From: Centroscyllium fabricii
Taxonomy: Eukaryota
Reading direction: 5' to 3'
DNA: 64,000 nt
Assembly (NCBI GenBank): GCA_051313645.2
Contig: JBNRSN020000025.1
Location: 69,688,001-69,752,000 of the forward strand
Shown piece after piece: positions 22,475 to 35,003 of the stretch (the first letter of the stretch is position 1; every line of letters begins with the position of its first letter). The notes beneath the pieces are model-generated. The model had not been told where the DNA came from. It was given only the letters and a program-made list of their open reading frames with translations, and made no database searches. Position numbers and translations under genes: made by a program.

Positions 22475-25336
22475 CAGGTTGAGCACCGGTAATCGGGCAC
22501 CTGATGGTCCAGCAAATTCAGTGGCCCGGCACGAATCGAAACCGGTGCTCTTCAGTTTGTGGAGCAGCTGCTCGGCGGCGCCGCCATTTCCCGCGAAGGG
22601 TGGGCGAGCACCGAAGACGTTGAGCGTTTGGGTTTCTGGTTTTTCAGTTCTTGTAAGTGTTCTATCCCCGGGCTCCTTCGCGGGGAGTGTTCGACCCGCG
22701 CGCTCCGGGCCCCGGGGAGTGTTCGACCCGCGCGCTCCGGGCCCCGGGGAGTGTTCGACCCGCGCGCTCCGGGCCCCGGGGAGTGTTCGACCCGCGCGCT
22801 CCGGGCCCCGGGGAGTGTTCGACCCGCGCGCTCCGGGCCCCGGGGAGTGTTCGACCCGCGCGCTCCGGGCCCCGGGGAGTGTTCGACCCGCGCGCTCCGG
22901 GCCCCGGGGAGTGTTCGACCCGCGCGCTCCGGGCCCCGGGGAGTGTTCGACCCGCGCGCTCCGGGCCCCGGGGAGTGTTCGACCCGCGCGCTCCGGGCCC
23001 CGGGGAGTGTTCGACCCGCGCGCTCCGGGCCCCGGGGAGTGTTCGACCCGCGCGCTCCGGGCCCCGGGGAGTGTTCGACCCGCGCGCTCCGGGCCCCGGG
23101 GAGTGTTCGACCCGCGCGCTCCGGGCCCCGGGGAGTGTTCGACCCGCGCGCTCCGGGCCCCGGGGAGTGTTCGACCCGCGCGCTCCGGGCCCCGGGGAGT
23201 GTTCGACCCGCGCGCTCCGGGCCCCGGGGAGTGTTCGACCCGCGCGCTCCGGGCCCCGGGGAGTGTTCGACCCGCGCGCTCCGGGCCCCGGGGAGTGTTC
23301 GACCCGCGCGCTCCGGGCCCCGGGGAGTGTTCGACCCGCGCGCTCCGGGCCCCGGGGAGTGTTCGACCCGCGCGCTCCGGGCCCCGGGGAGTGTTCGACC
23401 CGCGCGCTCCGGGCCCCGGGGAGTGTTCGACCCGCGCGCTCCGGGCCCCGGGGAGTGTTCGACCCGCGCGCTCCGGGCCCCGGGGAGTGTTCGACCCGCG
23501 CGCTCCGGGCCCCGGGGAGTGTTCGACCCGCGCGCTCCGGGCCCCGGGGAGTGTTCGACCCGCGCGCTCCGGGCCCCGGGGAGTGTTCGACCCGCGCGCT
23601 CCGGGCCCCGGGGAGTGTTCGACCCGCGCGCTCCGGGCCCCGGGGAGTGTTCGACCCGCGCGCTCCGGGCCCCGGGGAGTGTTCGACCCGCGCGCTCCGG
23701 GCCCCGGGGAGTGTTCGACCCGCGCGCTCCGGGCCCCGGGGAGTGTTCGACCCGCGCGCTCCGGGCCCCGGGGAGTGTTCGACCCGCGCGCTCCGGGCCC
23801 CGGGGAGTGTTCGACCCGCGCGCTCCGGGCCCCGGGGAGTGTTCGACCCGCGCGCTCCGGGCCCCGGGGAGTGTTCGACCCGCGCGCTCCGGGCCCCGGG
23901 GAGTGTTCGACCCGCGCGCTCCGGGCCCCGGGGAGTGTTCGACCCGCGCGCTCCGGGCCCCGGGGAGTGTTCGACCCGCGCGCTCCGGGCCCCGGGGAGT
24001 GTTCGACCCGCGCGCTCCGGGCCCCGGGGAGTGTTCGACCCGCGCGCTCCGGGCCCCGGGGAGTGTTCGACCCGCGCGCTCCGGGCCCCGGGGAGTGTTC
24101 GACCCGCGCGCTCCGGGCCCCGGGGAGTGTTCGACCCGCGCGCTCCGGGCCCCGGGGAGTGTTCGACCCGCGCGCTCCGGGCCCCGGGGAGTGTTCGACC
24201 CGCGCGCTCCGGGCCCCGGGGAGTGTTCGACCCGCGCGCTCCGGGCCCCGGGGAGTGTTCGACCCGCGCGCTCCGGGCCCCGGGGAGTGTTCGACCCGCG
24301 CGCTCCGGGCCCCGGGGAGTGTTCGACCCGCGCGCTCCGGGCCCCGGGGAGTGTTCGACCCGCGCGCTCCGGGCCCCGGGGAGTGTTCGACCCGCGCGCT
24401 CCGGGCCCCGGGGAGTGTTCGACCCGCGCGCTCCGGGCCCCGGGGAGTGTTCGACCCGCGCGCTCCGGGCCCCGGGGAGTGTTCGACCCGCGCGCTCCGG
24501 GCCCCGGGGAGTGTTCGACCCGCGCGCTCCGGGCCCCGGGGAGTGTTCGACCCGCGCGCTCCGGGCCCCGGGGAGTGTTCGACCCGCGCGCTCCGGGCCC
24601 CGGGGAGTGTTCGACCCGCGCGCTCCGGGCCCCGGGGAGTGTTCGACCCGCGCGCTCCGGGCACCGGGGAGTGTTCCACCGCGCGCTCCGGGCACCGGGG
24701 AGTGTTCCACCGCGCGCTCCGGGCCCCGGGGAGTGTTCCACCGCGCGCTCCGGGCCCCGGGGAGTGTTCCACCGCGCGCTCCGGGCCCCGGGGAGTGTTC
24801 CACCGCGCGCTCCGGGCCCCGGGGAGTGTTCCACCGCGCGCTCCGGGCCCCGGGGAGTGTTCCACCGCGCGCTCCGGGTCCCGGGGAGTGTTCCACCGCG
24901 CGCTCCGGGCCCCGGGGAGTGTTCCACCGCGCGCTCCGGGCCCCGGGGAGTGTTCCACCGCGCGCTCCGGGCCCCGGGGAGTGTTCGACCCGCGCGCTCC
25001 GGGCCCCGGGGAGTGTTCGACCCGCGCGCTCCGGGCCCCGGGGAGTGTTCGACCCGCGCGCTCTGGGCCCCGGGGAGTGTTCTACCGTGGGCTCCATGGA
25101 GTGTTCTACCGCGCGATGCGGGCCCCGGGGAGTGTTCTACTGCGCGCTCCGGGGAGTGTTCTACCACGTGCTCTGGGCCCTGGGGAGTGTTCTACCGATC
25201 GCTCCGGGCACCGGGGAGTGTTCTACCGCGCGCTCCCCCGAACCTTCAGTGGTTCAGAATTTTCAGTGGTTCAGAATTTTCAGTGGTCCGGCACCAGTCC
25301 GGTCCAGAGGGCGCCGTATTAACGGTGCTCAACCTG
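22475..25336. mobile_element. TA-target MITE (copy 5) inflated by an internal minisatellite
   Basis: ta|CAGGTTGAGCACCGGTAATC...ATTAACGGTGCTCAACCTG|ta. Arms are collinear with 50600-50897. Confidence 0.88.
22681..25236. repeat. GC-rich minisatellite, 32-bp unit cggggagtgttcgacccgcgcgctccgggccc, about 80 units
   Basis: Exact 32-bp period (15 units per 480 bp) to ~24660, then 31-bp variants. 26 of 32 bases are G/C, with 6 CpG per unit. Confidence 0.98.
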
Positions 25337-26906
25337 TACCATATATCAGATATTTTATTATTTATATTTTTCACCTTTTCATACATACTAACCCAATGTA
25401 AAATCACAATTCTTCGGATTCTTTCACTGGATGTACCCCACACCAAATCACTTGCCCTAACTATGGCCACAAGTCAACCTTTTTAGACTGGTATATGTCA
25501 CAGAACCCCTTTCTGTGTGCACATTGGTGCTTAAGCTTGCTCTAAAAAAAATCTGCAGTCAATTGGAGATTGCAACACAATACCGTACCAATGGGATCAG
25601 TCCATTTTAATAATCAATTAAATGGACATACAATTCAGGAAATGCATCAAAATCTTGCCGGAAACTATTAGATCAAGATAAAATAAGCTATGTACAGTAA
25701 TTAATAATGACAGTTTCTCTCAAACTGTAGTAAGTAAACAGATCTCCTTTGTACTTAGAAAAAAATCTTCCCACTTTCAGTTTTACTGCTCTGGCCAGCT
25801 GGAGCACAATGATCTTTCCTGGTACTGCATATTCTTCGTGTTCAACATTCCAATAGTAACGCACTAAAGAGCTAGAATCCCTAAATGATGTTTACTCTAA
25901 AACTAAAAGTGGAACCTCAATTGCTGTGCTGTCTTTATCTGTGTTAGATTATGTGCAAGAATTTTCCTTTTTAAAATGTTTGGACTAAAGGCTTGGCAAT
26001 AATGCTCCTCCTGTCAGCGAGATCAGCTGGCACCTCAGCGGTTGCTCCACCAGCTGATCTGGCAGCTCGTGACTCCAGCCATCAGTCTGGTCTCAGACTC
26101 TAGAAAACTAGCCAAAAACACTAAAGGCTGTATTTGCTCACCTTCAGTGAATCTGTCAGCACCATACCAGAGCACGGTGGGAGAGTGCACGTTGGCTCGC
26201 ATGCTCACCGCTGGAGCTGGGGTTGGTGGTTTGGCTGTCTGTCTCGGGTCTATTGCAGGACTCACGGGCAGGAGGGAGCCGAGAGCCCGTTTGAAGCTGT
26301 TTTGTCAACGAAAGCAACAGAGGCAGGGCTGGCAGGGAGGACCGAGGCAGGTGGGTGGGGGAAGCGGCTCATTCAAATGTCAACAGAAATCAACAGTGCC
26401 GTTTGGAGACTCATCTGGCAAAAGATCCTCCTCCCCATTATGGGAGAAAATTGAGATTCCCCCTCTATAATTCGCTGCTGCCTGGGATGCAATCGCCATG
26501 TGCCTATCTTTTGGAAAGGTTGCAAATGATCACAAGAGATGGGGTGGAGATGACCTTTCGGCACATCCTTCCACAACACTAACCTTTCCACCTTCTCATC
26601 GCAGCACTTAACTATTTCTTAAATGAAACCAGTATCTTGGCTGCACCCACTCTTGCCCAGCTGTTGACCACCTTTTGAAAGAAGGATTTTAACATCTGTC
26701 CTAAATTTGCCCTGCATAGCCCTGAGCCAGATGGATCAGAGTATTGTTTGGAGTTTACTTCCACTATGCTGTTAAGCATCTTGTATACCTTGGTAACAGT
26801 CCCCTCTGATACATATTACATAGAATGGACCTAAAATTCTATACAACTGCCAATTTTTAGCAAACAGCTAGTTTATACTGGATGCTGTTTAGTTAGTTCT
26901 AACTAC

Positions 26907-27032
26907 CTGAGGTGGAGTGGGCGTGGAGCTCGGCCTCACTACAGGTGGTGTAGGGTTTCTGCTTCCCCCTCCTCCAGACATTATTTCTTCGGTGATGTCC
27001 TTGCCTCCCTGGTTTGGATCACGGATTCTAAT
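26907..27032 (-). CDS. EIF4G3: EIF4G3 exon with the PABP-binding motif ([42 protein letters not shown])
   Basis: Acceptor tctcttctgcag| and donor CAG|gtagtt. 126 nt, phase 0-0. Nearly identical to the eIF4G PABP-binding segment, with the eIF4G3-type [10 protein letters not shown]. Confidence 0.97.
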
Positions 27033-28861
27033 CTGCAGAAGAGAAACCAACGCAGCATTAAACCGTTACAGCCCTGACCATCATATGCAACACTTTCATG
27101 TTTAGACTTTCTGTAGGACACTGAAATGTTTCCTTGATCTAGAACATCGACAGATATCGTAAACAAAGAGCGGTAGAAATACAATAATTTCTCCGGCATC
27201 CCAGAGTTTTACTATTAAAAATATTGTTTTAGTGTGGAACTTCAATTTCTTCCAATGTTAATAGTGTGAGGCACAACAGTTTCAACACCTTAAGCACACA
27301 GACTATACAAGGAAGATGAAACTGCACTGCTGAGCAAGTAGAACCATAAATTAACAGGGGCAGTATACAGGCCTGCAATGTAACTAGATTAACTTTCTCC
27401 AATGGAGCTTCAGGTCAATTGGAGATGAGTAAAATCTAATACCCTGACTTTGACAAATGCCATGGTATTATCATATGAGAGGCTGGCAGAACTAGCTTTG
27501 TTATTAATATAAACTTAGTGCATTGTGCTCTGTGTAAATGTAAAGCTGAGGCAAGGAGGGTTGAAGATGGCCACCCAGCTCTTGCATGTCTGGCTTCAAG
27601 GAGGTGGCCTTTGTCCAAGGTTTCCAAACAGTATCAGCGTGTTAATTAAGCCAGGAAGGCTTTGTGAGAGCGAGAGTGAGAAAAAAAAGCGAGCAAGAAC
27701 GAGCATGCATGAGAGACAATGAACTACAAAAGCAGATGAAACAGGGTGGTCCAAAACCAAAAGCGAGCGTTGGCGGGTGCTCCAGACCTGGTCGAGTCTT
27801 TCGCCACATTCACTCGGGAGCACAGCGTACTTTTAAAAGATCAGGCCATTTACTGCTGTCACTGTACATACGCACGTGTTCTCTATGTGTCCTACTTGTT
27901 TAATTTCTGGAAATATATTTAGTTAATTCGAAATCTAATCCCAGCTCTAATGCGGTGTGTTGATATGCTGGAAATGCTTGAAGGAAAATAAAACGCAGCA
28001 GGCACTAGTGATCTAGGATTGAGAGTCCGAAAGGATATGAGGTCTTTGCGGTGGCAGAAACCTGCAGAGTTGCAGCTTCTGGTTCACTGATGGTGTACAG
28101 TGCTTACGCAAAGTGCGGCGAGACAGTTGCAAGAGAGAGCAGCTCAATACAATACCACAAAATTACGTCAGACTGGTGTCAGCAAATTCTCCCGTCACAT
28201 TTTGACTTCTGGAGAGCTGCGTACCAACCAAGCATGGTTGTGCACCTGTGGTGCGCCTTCTAGCCTGGCAAAATCTGTCACCATCTAAAGAGTTCTCCCA
28301 ATTTGAATTCCAATTTTCAAATTAAAAAAAAGATAGAATAAAAAATTACATGTAGAGCAAAATTCATAATCTCTCAAATCCCCATCTGCACTGCCATTTA
28401 TGGGATGTGAAAACTCTTCACATTCACTGGATTGGACCCCGACTCCAACCTCAGAGACCCCTGCAGCCGCAGTATTCAGATCAATGGGACAATAATAGGA
28501 CAAAAATAACATTGATGGAGCTCCAAACAACCTTGCAGCATTAAGTAATCAGCAGCAGGCGGACACAGACACCTGGAACAAGGTACAGCTCATTTTATTC
28601 CAGAACCAAGTGTATGACTGCAAAGCGGTACTATCTTGACAATCACTCCCAGTGTAATAATGTGCACATTTTCAGAGTGCCCAAAGGATCAAGATGGCAA
28701 GAATTTGGTCTCCTTTTCCAGATAACTTTTACTTTGACCTCTGGATGTGTCCACAGACTGAGCGGGCCCAACCTACCCCTAAACCGAAAGATCTTAAGAG
28801 ACAAGAGTGTTCATATTGTAACTCTTCTCGATTCATGTTCTGTATTGAGCAGTGTTTTTAA

Positions 28862-30185
28862 GAACATCAAAAATAGCAGGAGTCGGCCATTCAGCCCTAC
28901 GAGCCTGCTCCGCCATTCAATGAGATCATGGCTGATCTTCTGCCTCAACTCCATTCACCGGCCCGGTCGCCATATCCCTTGATGCCCTTACTAGTCAGAA
29001 ATCTATCGACTTCTGTTTTGAATATACTCAATGACTGAGCCTCCACAGCCCTCTGGGGTAGAGAATTCCAAAGATTCACCACCTTGTGTGTGAAGAAATT
29101 TCTTCTCACCTCAGTCCTGAATGGCCGACCCTTTATCCTGAGGCTGTGGTCCCTGGTTCTAGACTCCCCACCAAGGGAAACATTCTCCCAGCATCCATCC
29201 TAACAAGCCCTGTAATAATTTTGTATGCTTCAATGAGATCCCCTCTTATTCTTCTGAATTCGAGCGAATACAGGCCTAGTTTACTCAATCTCTTCTGATA
29301 CAACAGTCCCGCCATCCCAGGAATCAATCTCGTGAACCTTTGTTGCACTCCATCTATGGCAAGTATATCCTTCCTTAGGTAAGGAGATCAAAATTGTACA
29401 AAGTACTCCAGGTGTGGTCTCACCAAGGCCCTATGTAATTGGAAATAACCGGAAAATGCTGGCAAAACTCATTAGGCCAGGCAACATCTGTGAAGAGAAA
29501 TATAAAGTCGACGTTTCCAGCATCTGCAGTATTTTGCTATCCTATATAATTGGAGTAAGACTTCTTTACTCCTGTACTCAAATCCTCTTGTAATGAAGGT
29601 CAGCATACCATTTGCCTTCCGAATGACTTCCTGCACCTGCACATTCACTTTCAGTGACTCAGTACAAGGACACCCAGGTCCCTTTGAGCATCTGCATTCC
29701 CCAATCTTTCACCATTTATGAAATACTCTGCCTTTCTGTTTTTTCTACCAAAGTGGAAAATTTCACATTTATCCACATTATATTCCATCTGCCATGTTCT
29801 CACCCACTCAGAGCCTGTTGAGATCCCCTTGAAGCCTCTTCACAACTGACACTGCCAACTAGCTTTGTATCATCAGCAAATTTGGAAATGTTACATTTAG
29901 TCCCCTCATCCAAATCATTGATCTAGATTGTGAATAGCTGGGGCCCAAGCACAGCCTGTCATCCTGAAAAAGACCCGTTTATCGCTACTCTTTGTTTTCT
30001 GTCTGTTAACCAATTCTCAATCCATGCTGGTATATTACCTCCAATTCCATGTGCCCTAATTTTGTTCACCAATTTTGTTCACCAACCTCTTGTGTGGGAC
30101 CTTATCGAAGGCCTTCTGAAAATCCAGATACATCACATTTGTCGACTCCACCAGTTACAACCTCAAAGAACTCCAATAGGTTTGT
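28862..30185 (-). mobile_element. Degraded CR1 LINE 3' portion
   Basis: Minus-strand QQRFTRLIPGMAGL..LGLYSLEFRRIRGDLIE. CR1 tail at the left end. Confidence 0.88.
29446..29541. mobile_element. Short Penelope-like fragment nested in CR1
   Basis: aaaatgctggcaaaactc...gacgtttccagcatctgcagtattttgct is homologous to the 7978-8185 region. Flanked by ctat(g/a)taattgga direct repeats. Confidence 0.55.
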
Positions 30186-30308
30186 CATTTGCTCTCAGGG
30201 TGTGGGTGACACTGGTAAGGCTGGCATTTATTGCCCATCTGTAACTGACTTGAGAAGGTGATGGTGAGCCTTCTCCTTGAAATGCTGTTGACCCTGTGGT
30301 CATGGTGT

Positions 30309-30883
30309 TACTACAGGCATCTCAAAGCACTGGAGAGGCACCAGCAAAGCTGCCTCCGCAAGATTCTGCAAATACATTGGCAGGGTGGGCGCACCAACGT
30401 CAGTGTTCTTGCTCAGGCCATCATCCGCAGCATCGAAGCTTTGACCACGCTCGAACAGCTCCGACAGACGCATCACATCGTCCGCATGCCCGATACGAGA
30501 CTCCCAAAACAAGTGCTCTACTCGGAGTGCCGACACGGCGAGAGAGACCCAGGTGGGCAGAGGAAACGTTTCAAGGACACCCTCAAAGCCTCCTTGAAAA
30601 AGTCCAACATCCCCACCGACACCTAGGAATCCCTGGCCCAAGACCGTACAAAGTGGAGGAGAAGCATCGGGGAAGGCCTCGAGTCTCTTCGCCGGGAGCA
30701 AGCGGAAGCCAAGTGCAAGGAGCGTATGTCAACCCAAGCACCCCACCCACCTGCCGCTTCAAACACCGTCTTCCCCACCGGTGACAGAGACTGTAGGTCC
30801 CGCATTGGACTCGTCAGTCACCCGACAACTCATTTTTAATGTGGAAGCAAGTCATCCTCGGTTCCGAGGGACTGCCTAAGAGA
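30309..30883 (+). mobile_element. RTE-clade LINE 3' fragment
   Basis: RHLKALERHQQSCLRKILQIHWQ..HIVRMPDTRLPKQVLYSE..GGQRKRFKDTLKASLK is typical of the RTE/BovB ORF C-terminus. Confidence 0.85.
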
Positions 30884-32427
30884 CAATGGTAATAGGTAGG
30901 GAATTCCAGGCTATTCACACAGCAATGAGAAAGGAATGGCAATATGAGCCCAAGTCAGGAGAGTGAGAGAATTGGAAAATAATTTTTGCTGACCGTGTTC
31001 TCACAGTATTGCTGCTCTTGTCTTTCTCACTTGAAGGTGGTCACAAGGGAGGGACTTTAGTGAGTTGCTGTAGTGCATCCTGTAGATAGTTTGTACTGCA
31101 TCCTGTAGATAGTTTGTACTGCAGCCACAGTGTGCCAGTGTTGGAGGGGTGGATCTCAAGTACATTAGCAGGGGCACCAGTCAAGTGAATTGCTCTGCCT
31201 GGATGATGTTGAGCTTCTCACGTGCTGTTGCAGCAGTACCCATCCATTGAATATTACAACTTACTCCCGATTAGTCTTGTGGATGGTAGAGGGTTTGAGG
31301 GTTCAGGAGGTTGGCCACTCGTCGCAGAGTACCCAGCCTCTGTCCTGCTCTTGTAGCCATCGTGCTGATATGGCTGGTCCAGTTAAGCTTCTGGTCAATG
31401 ACCGATGGTGGGGGCACTGAGGATCAGGGGAGATGGCTGGGCTTTTGCTTGTTTGAGATGGTTATTATCTGGCATTAATGTGGTGCAAATGTCCTGCTGT
31501 AGGCTGGTGTGGGCAGCTTCATTATCAGGAGAGAGAGAAGAGCAAATCTGCAGAGAAATCACAGAGCTGTGCAAGAACTATAGAGTGGTGATATTGGGGG
31601 GCTTTAATTACCCAAATATCGACTGGGATAAGGTTAGAGTAAAGGCAAAGGAAGGGGAGGAATTTCTGAAGTTTGTTCAGGGGAACTTCCTTGGCCAATA
31701 TGTTCTTGGCCCAAATAGGAAGGAGGCATTGCTGAATCTGGTGCTGGGGAATGAGGTGGGCCAAGTATCTGTGGGAGTACACTTGGGCAAGAGTGACCAC
31801 TCGTATCATAAGGTTTAGATTAGTAATGGAGAAGAACAAAGAACAATCTAAAGTAGAACTTCTAAATTGGAAGAGGGTTAACTTCAATGGGATGAGAGGG
31901 GATCTAGTCAGGGTAAAATGGAACCAAAGATTGACAGGGAAAACTGTAATGGAACAATGGGTGATGTTTAAGGTACAGGCTAGGTATATTCCAACAAGAT
32001 GGAAAGGTAGGGGAACCAAAGCCAGGGCTCCTTGGATGATGAGAGATAGAGAATACGATGAAGCAACAAAAGAGGGTGTCTGATGCATGTCAGGTGAATT
32101 CTTCAAGTGAGAACCAGGCCAAATACAAGTTGCGAGGGGAAGTGAAGAGGAAAATAAGACTGGCAAAGAGAGAATATGAAAATAGAATGGCAGTTAACAT
32201 AAAAGGGAACCCAAAAATCTTCTTCCGGCATGTAAATCGTAAGCGGGTAGTAAGAAGCGAGGTGGGGTCTATTAGAGGCGCAGGGCAAAGGTAGAATACA
32301 ACGAGAACTTTGCATCGGTGTTTACTAGGGAAGAGAATGCTGACAAAATATCAGTAGAAGCGGAGATGGTAGAGGTAATGGATGGGGTGAAAATTGATAA
32401 GATGTACTGGAAAGGCTGGATATGCTG

Positions 32428-32710
32428 AGAAACATAGAAGATAGGAGCAGGAGTCGGCCCCTCGAGCCTGCTCCACCATTCAATGCGATCATGGCTGATC
32501 ATCCAAACCCAGTACCCTGTCCCTGCCTTGTCCCCATATCCCTTGATCCCTATCGAGCCTGCACCGACATATATCGCACCCTATCCCCGTAACCCCACAT
32601 ATTCAATCCCCCTAACACTAAGGGTCAATTTATCATGGCTAATCAACCTAACCCGCACATCTTTGGACTGTGGGAGGAAACCGGAGCACCCGGAGGAAAC
32701 CCACGCAGAC
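32428..32710 (-). mobile_element. Truncated V-SINE (HE1-like)
   Basis: Near-identical to 48498-48790; lacks the tRNA head. Confidence 0.8.
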
Positions 32711-32724
32711 GTCTTAGAGTGGAT

Positions 32725-33322
32725 GGGGGAAAATTTTGGTTGCATTGTGCCTCCCGTTAGCACCCAAGAGGACAATAACGGGGCGCAAAGCAATTAGCAC
32801 TTGTGTGCGGCGGCGCCGCCCACGTCTCCCGCGAAATTCAGCGGCAGGTTAGCGGCTGCGCTAACCGGTAGCACCCCGCACCGCCGCCGATGACATCATC
32901 ACTGTGCGCAGTGCCCCGCTCGTAATCTTCGGGAGCGCCGACTTACTGCCAGAAGTTATGTCTGACGGGGTCGGGGGGCCTACCTGCGGCCGGGGAGGCA
33001 TTATTTAAAGGTGAGGTGCGGGGCAGCTATTTTTGTTGCTGATCGCCTGCCAGCGCACCCATCGCCGGCCTCCTGAACTGCCGCACCCCACCCCCAGCGG
33101 AGTGCCGGCTATGCTCCATGAGCCTGGCACTTCTTGAGTGCCGGGCTCTTTTTCCGGCACTCCCAATCGCCGGGGCCTGCAATACCGCGGCACGTAAGGC
33201 CGCGATATTCCCTCGCAGCGCCCCAAGGGGGATGCGGGGCGCTTCCAATAGTGCCCCACTTACCTCTTGGAGTGCTACCACTCAATTTCTGTCGCGGGGG
33301 GGCGCTACTTAATCTTTAGCCC
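32725..33322. mobile_element. GC-rich non-autonomous element inserted in CR1 (probable MITE)
   Basis: Interrupts CR1 at gtggat|aagtc. Imperfect inverted ends GGGGGAAAATTTT...CTTTAGCCCC. Confidence 0.45.
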
Positions 33323-34483
33323 CATAAGTCTAAGCACATCCAGCCTTGCTTGCATCCCAGGTTGCGATGGGAAGTGGGGGTGGAGATAGCGGAAGTGCTT
33401 GCCATAATCTTCCAATCTTCCCTAGATATGGGAGAGGTGCCAGAAGATTGGAAAGTGGCAAATCTGACACCTTTGTTCAAGAAAGGGTGCAAGAACAATC
33501 CTAGTAACTACAGGCCGATCAGTTTAACACCAGTGGTGGGTAAGGTTTTAGAAACAATAATCCTGGAAAAGTTACGTTAATTAAGGAGAGCCAGCACAGA
33601 TTTGTAAAAGGCAGATCGTGTTTGACTAATCTAATTGAATTTTTTGGTGAAGTAACAGAGAGTTAATGAAGGGAATGCAGTGGATGTTGTCTACATGGAT
33701 TTGAAGGAAGTGTTTGACAAAGTACCACATCAAAGGCTGGTTAACAAAATTGAGACTTGTGGAATAGGAAGGTCAGTATCAGCTTGGATAAGAAATTGGC
33801 TTCAGGACAGAAAACAGCAAGTCGTGGTAAATGGTTGTTTTTCAGACTGGAGGATGGTAGACAGTGGTGTTCCCCAAGGGTCAGTGCTAGGACCACTGCT
33901 TTTTTGATATAATGACTTGGATGTTGGAATACAGAGTAACATTTCAAAATTTGCCAATATCATCAAACAGTGAGGAGGATACCAATCGACTGCAACAGGA
34001 CATAGAAAGGCTAGCAGAATGGGCAGACAAGTGGCAGATGGAATTTAATACAGAGAAGTGTGAGGTGATGCATTTTGGCAGAAGGGAGAGAGAGGCAATA
34101 TACACTTAACGGCACTGTTATAAAGAGTGTGCAGGGACGGAGGGAGCCGGGGGTCCATGTGCATAGATCTTTGAAGGTGGCAGGACAGATTGAGAGAGTA
34201 CTAGCAAAGCATATGGGATCTTGGGATTCATAAATAGAGGGATTGAGAGCAAAAGCAGGGAAGTTATGCTGAACCTTTATAAAGCTCTGGTTAGGTTAGA
34301 GTATTGTGTCCAGTTCTGGTCACCACACTTCAGGAAGGATGTGAAGGTCCTCGAGAGGGTGCAGAGGAGATTTACCAGAATGGTTCCAGGGATGAGGGAT
34401 TTTAGCTACACGGTTAGGTTGGAGAAGTTGGGGTTGTTCTCCTTGGAGCAAAGGAGGTTGAGGGGTGATTTGATAGAGGTGTA

Positions 34484-35003
34484 CAGGTTGAGCACCGTTA
34501 ATCCGGCACGGGCGGGACCAGGCCCGTGCCGGGAAAGTGAAAATCCCAAACGATTGAAGCTTCGGCGAGCGCAGACCATTCAAAATGGCCGCCGCGAAAG
34601 GCTGGTGGCCATTTTGAGTGGTCTGCGCATGCACTTATCGTTCGGGGAGTCCCGGACCGCGTTCAGCGAGTCCCGGCACAGCAGCGTTCGAGGAGTCCCG
34701 GCCCAGCCCGCACTCGAGGAGTGGAATCCTGGCCCAGCCCGCGTTCGAGGAGTCCCAGCCTAGCCCGCATTCGAGGAGTCCCGGCCTAGCCCGCATTCGA
34801 GGAGTCTCGGCCTAGCCCGCATTCGAGGAGTCCCAGCCCGCAATCGGGGAGTCCATTGTGAATGATCTGCGCATGCGCAGATCATTCGCTGAAGCATCAA
34901 TCGCGGCAGCCATTTTGCGCATGCGCGGGGCAGTCGTGGAAATTATTGCCGGACGTTCGAAGTTGTCGGTTTTTCGGGTAACGAATTAACGGTGCTCAAC
35001 CTG
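34484..35003. mobile_element. TA-target MITE (copy 6) with a 26-bp internal minisatellite, nested in CR1
   Basis: Splits the CR1 sequence gaggtgTA|caagattatg with a duplicated TA. TIRs CAGGTTGAGCACCGTTAAT. About 7-8 units of cattcgaggagtcccggcctagcccg. Confidence 0.9.

Noticed and set aside
22681-25236. CRISPR-like array (32-bp repeats)
   Set aside because: Units are head-to-tail with no unique spacers, there are no cas genes, and the context is a vertebrate intron.
22454-25486. Six overlapping 811-975 aa ORFs on both strands
   Set aside because: The 32-bp GC-rich unit has no stop codon in any frame, so all frames are open. The array sits inside a MITE in an intron and shows no coding signature.
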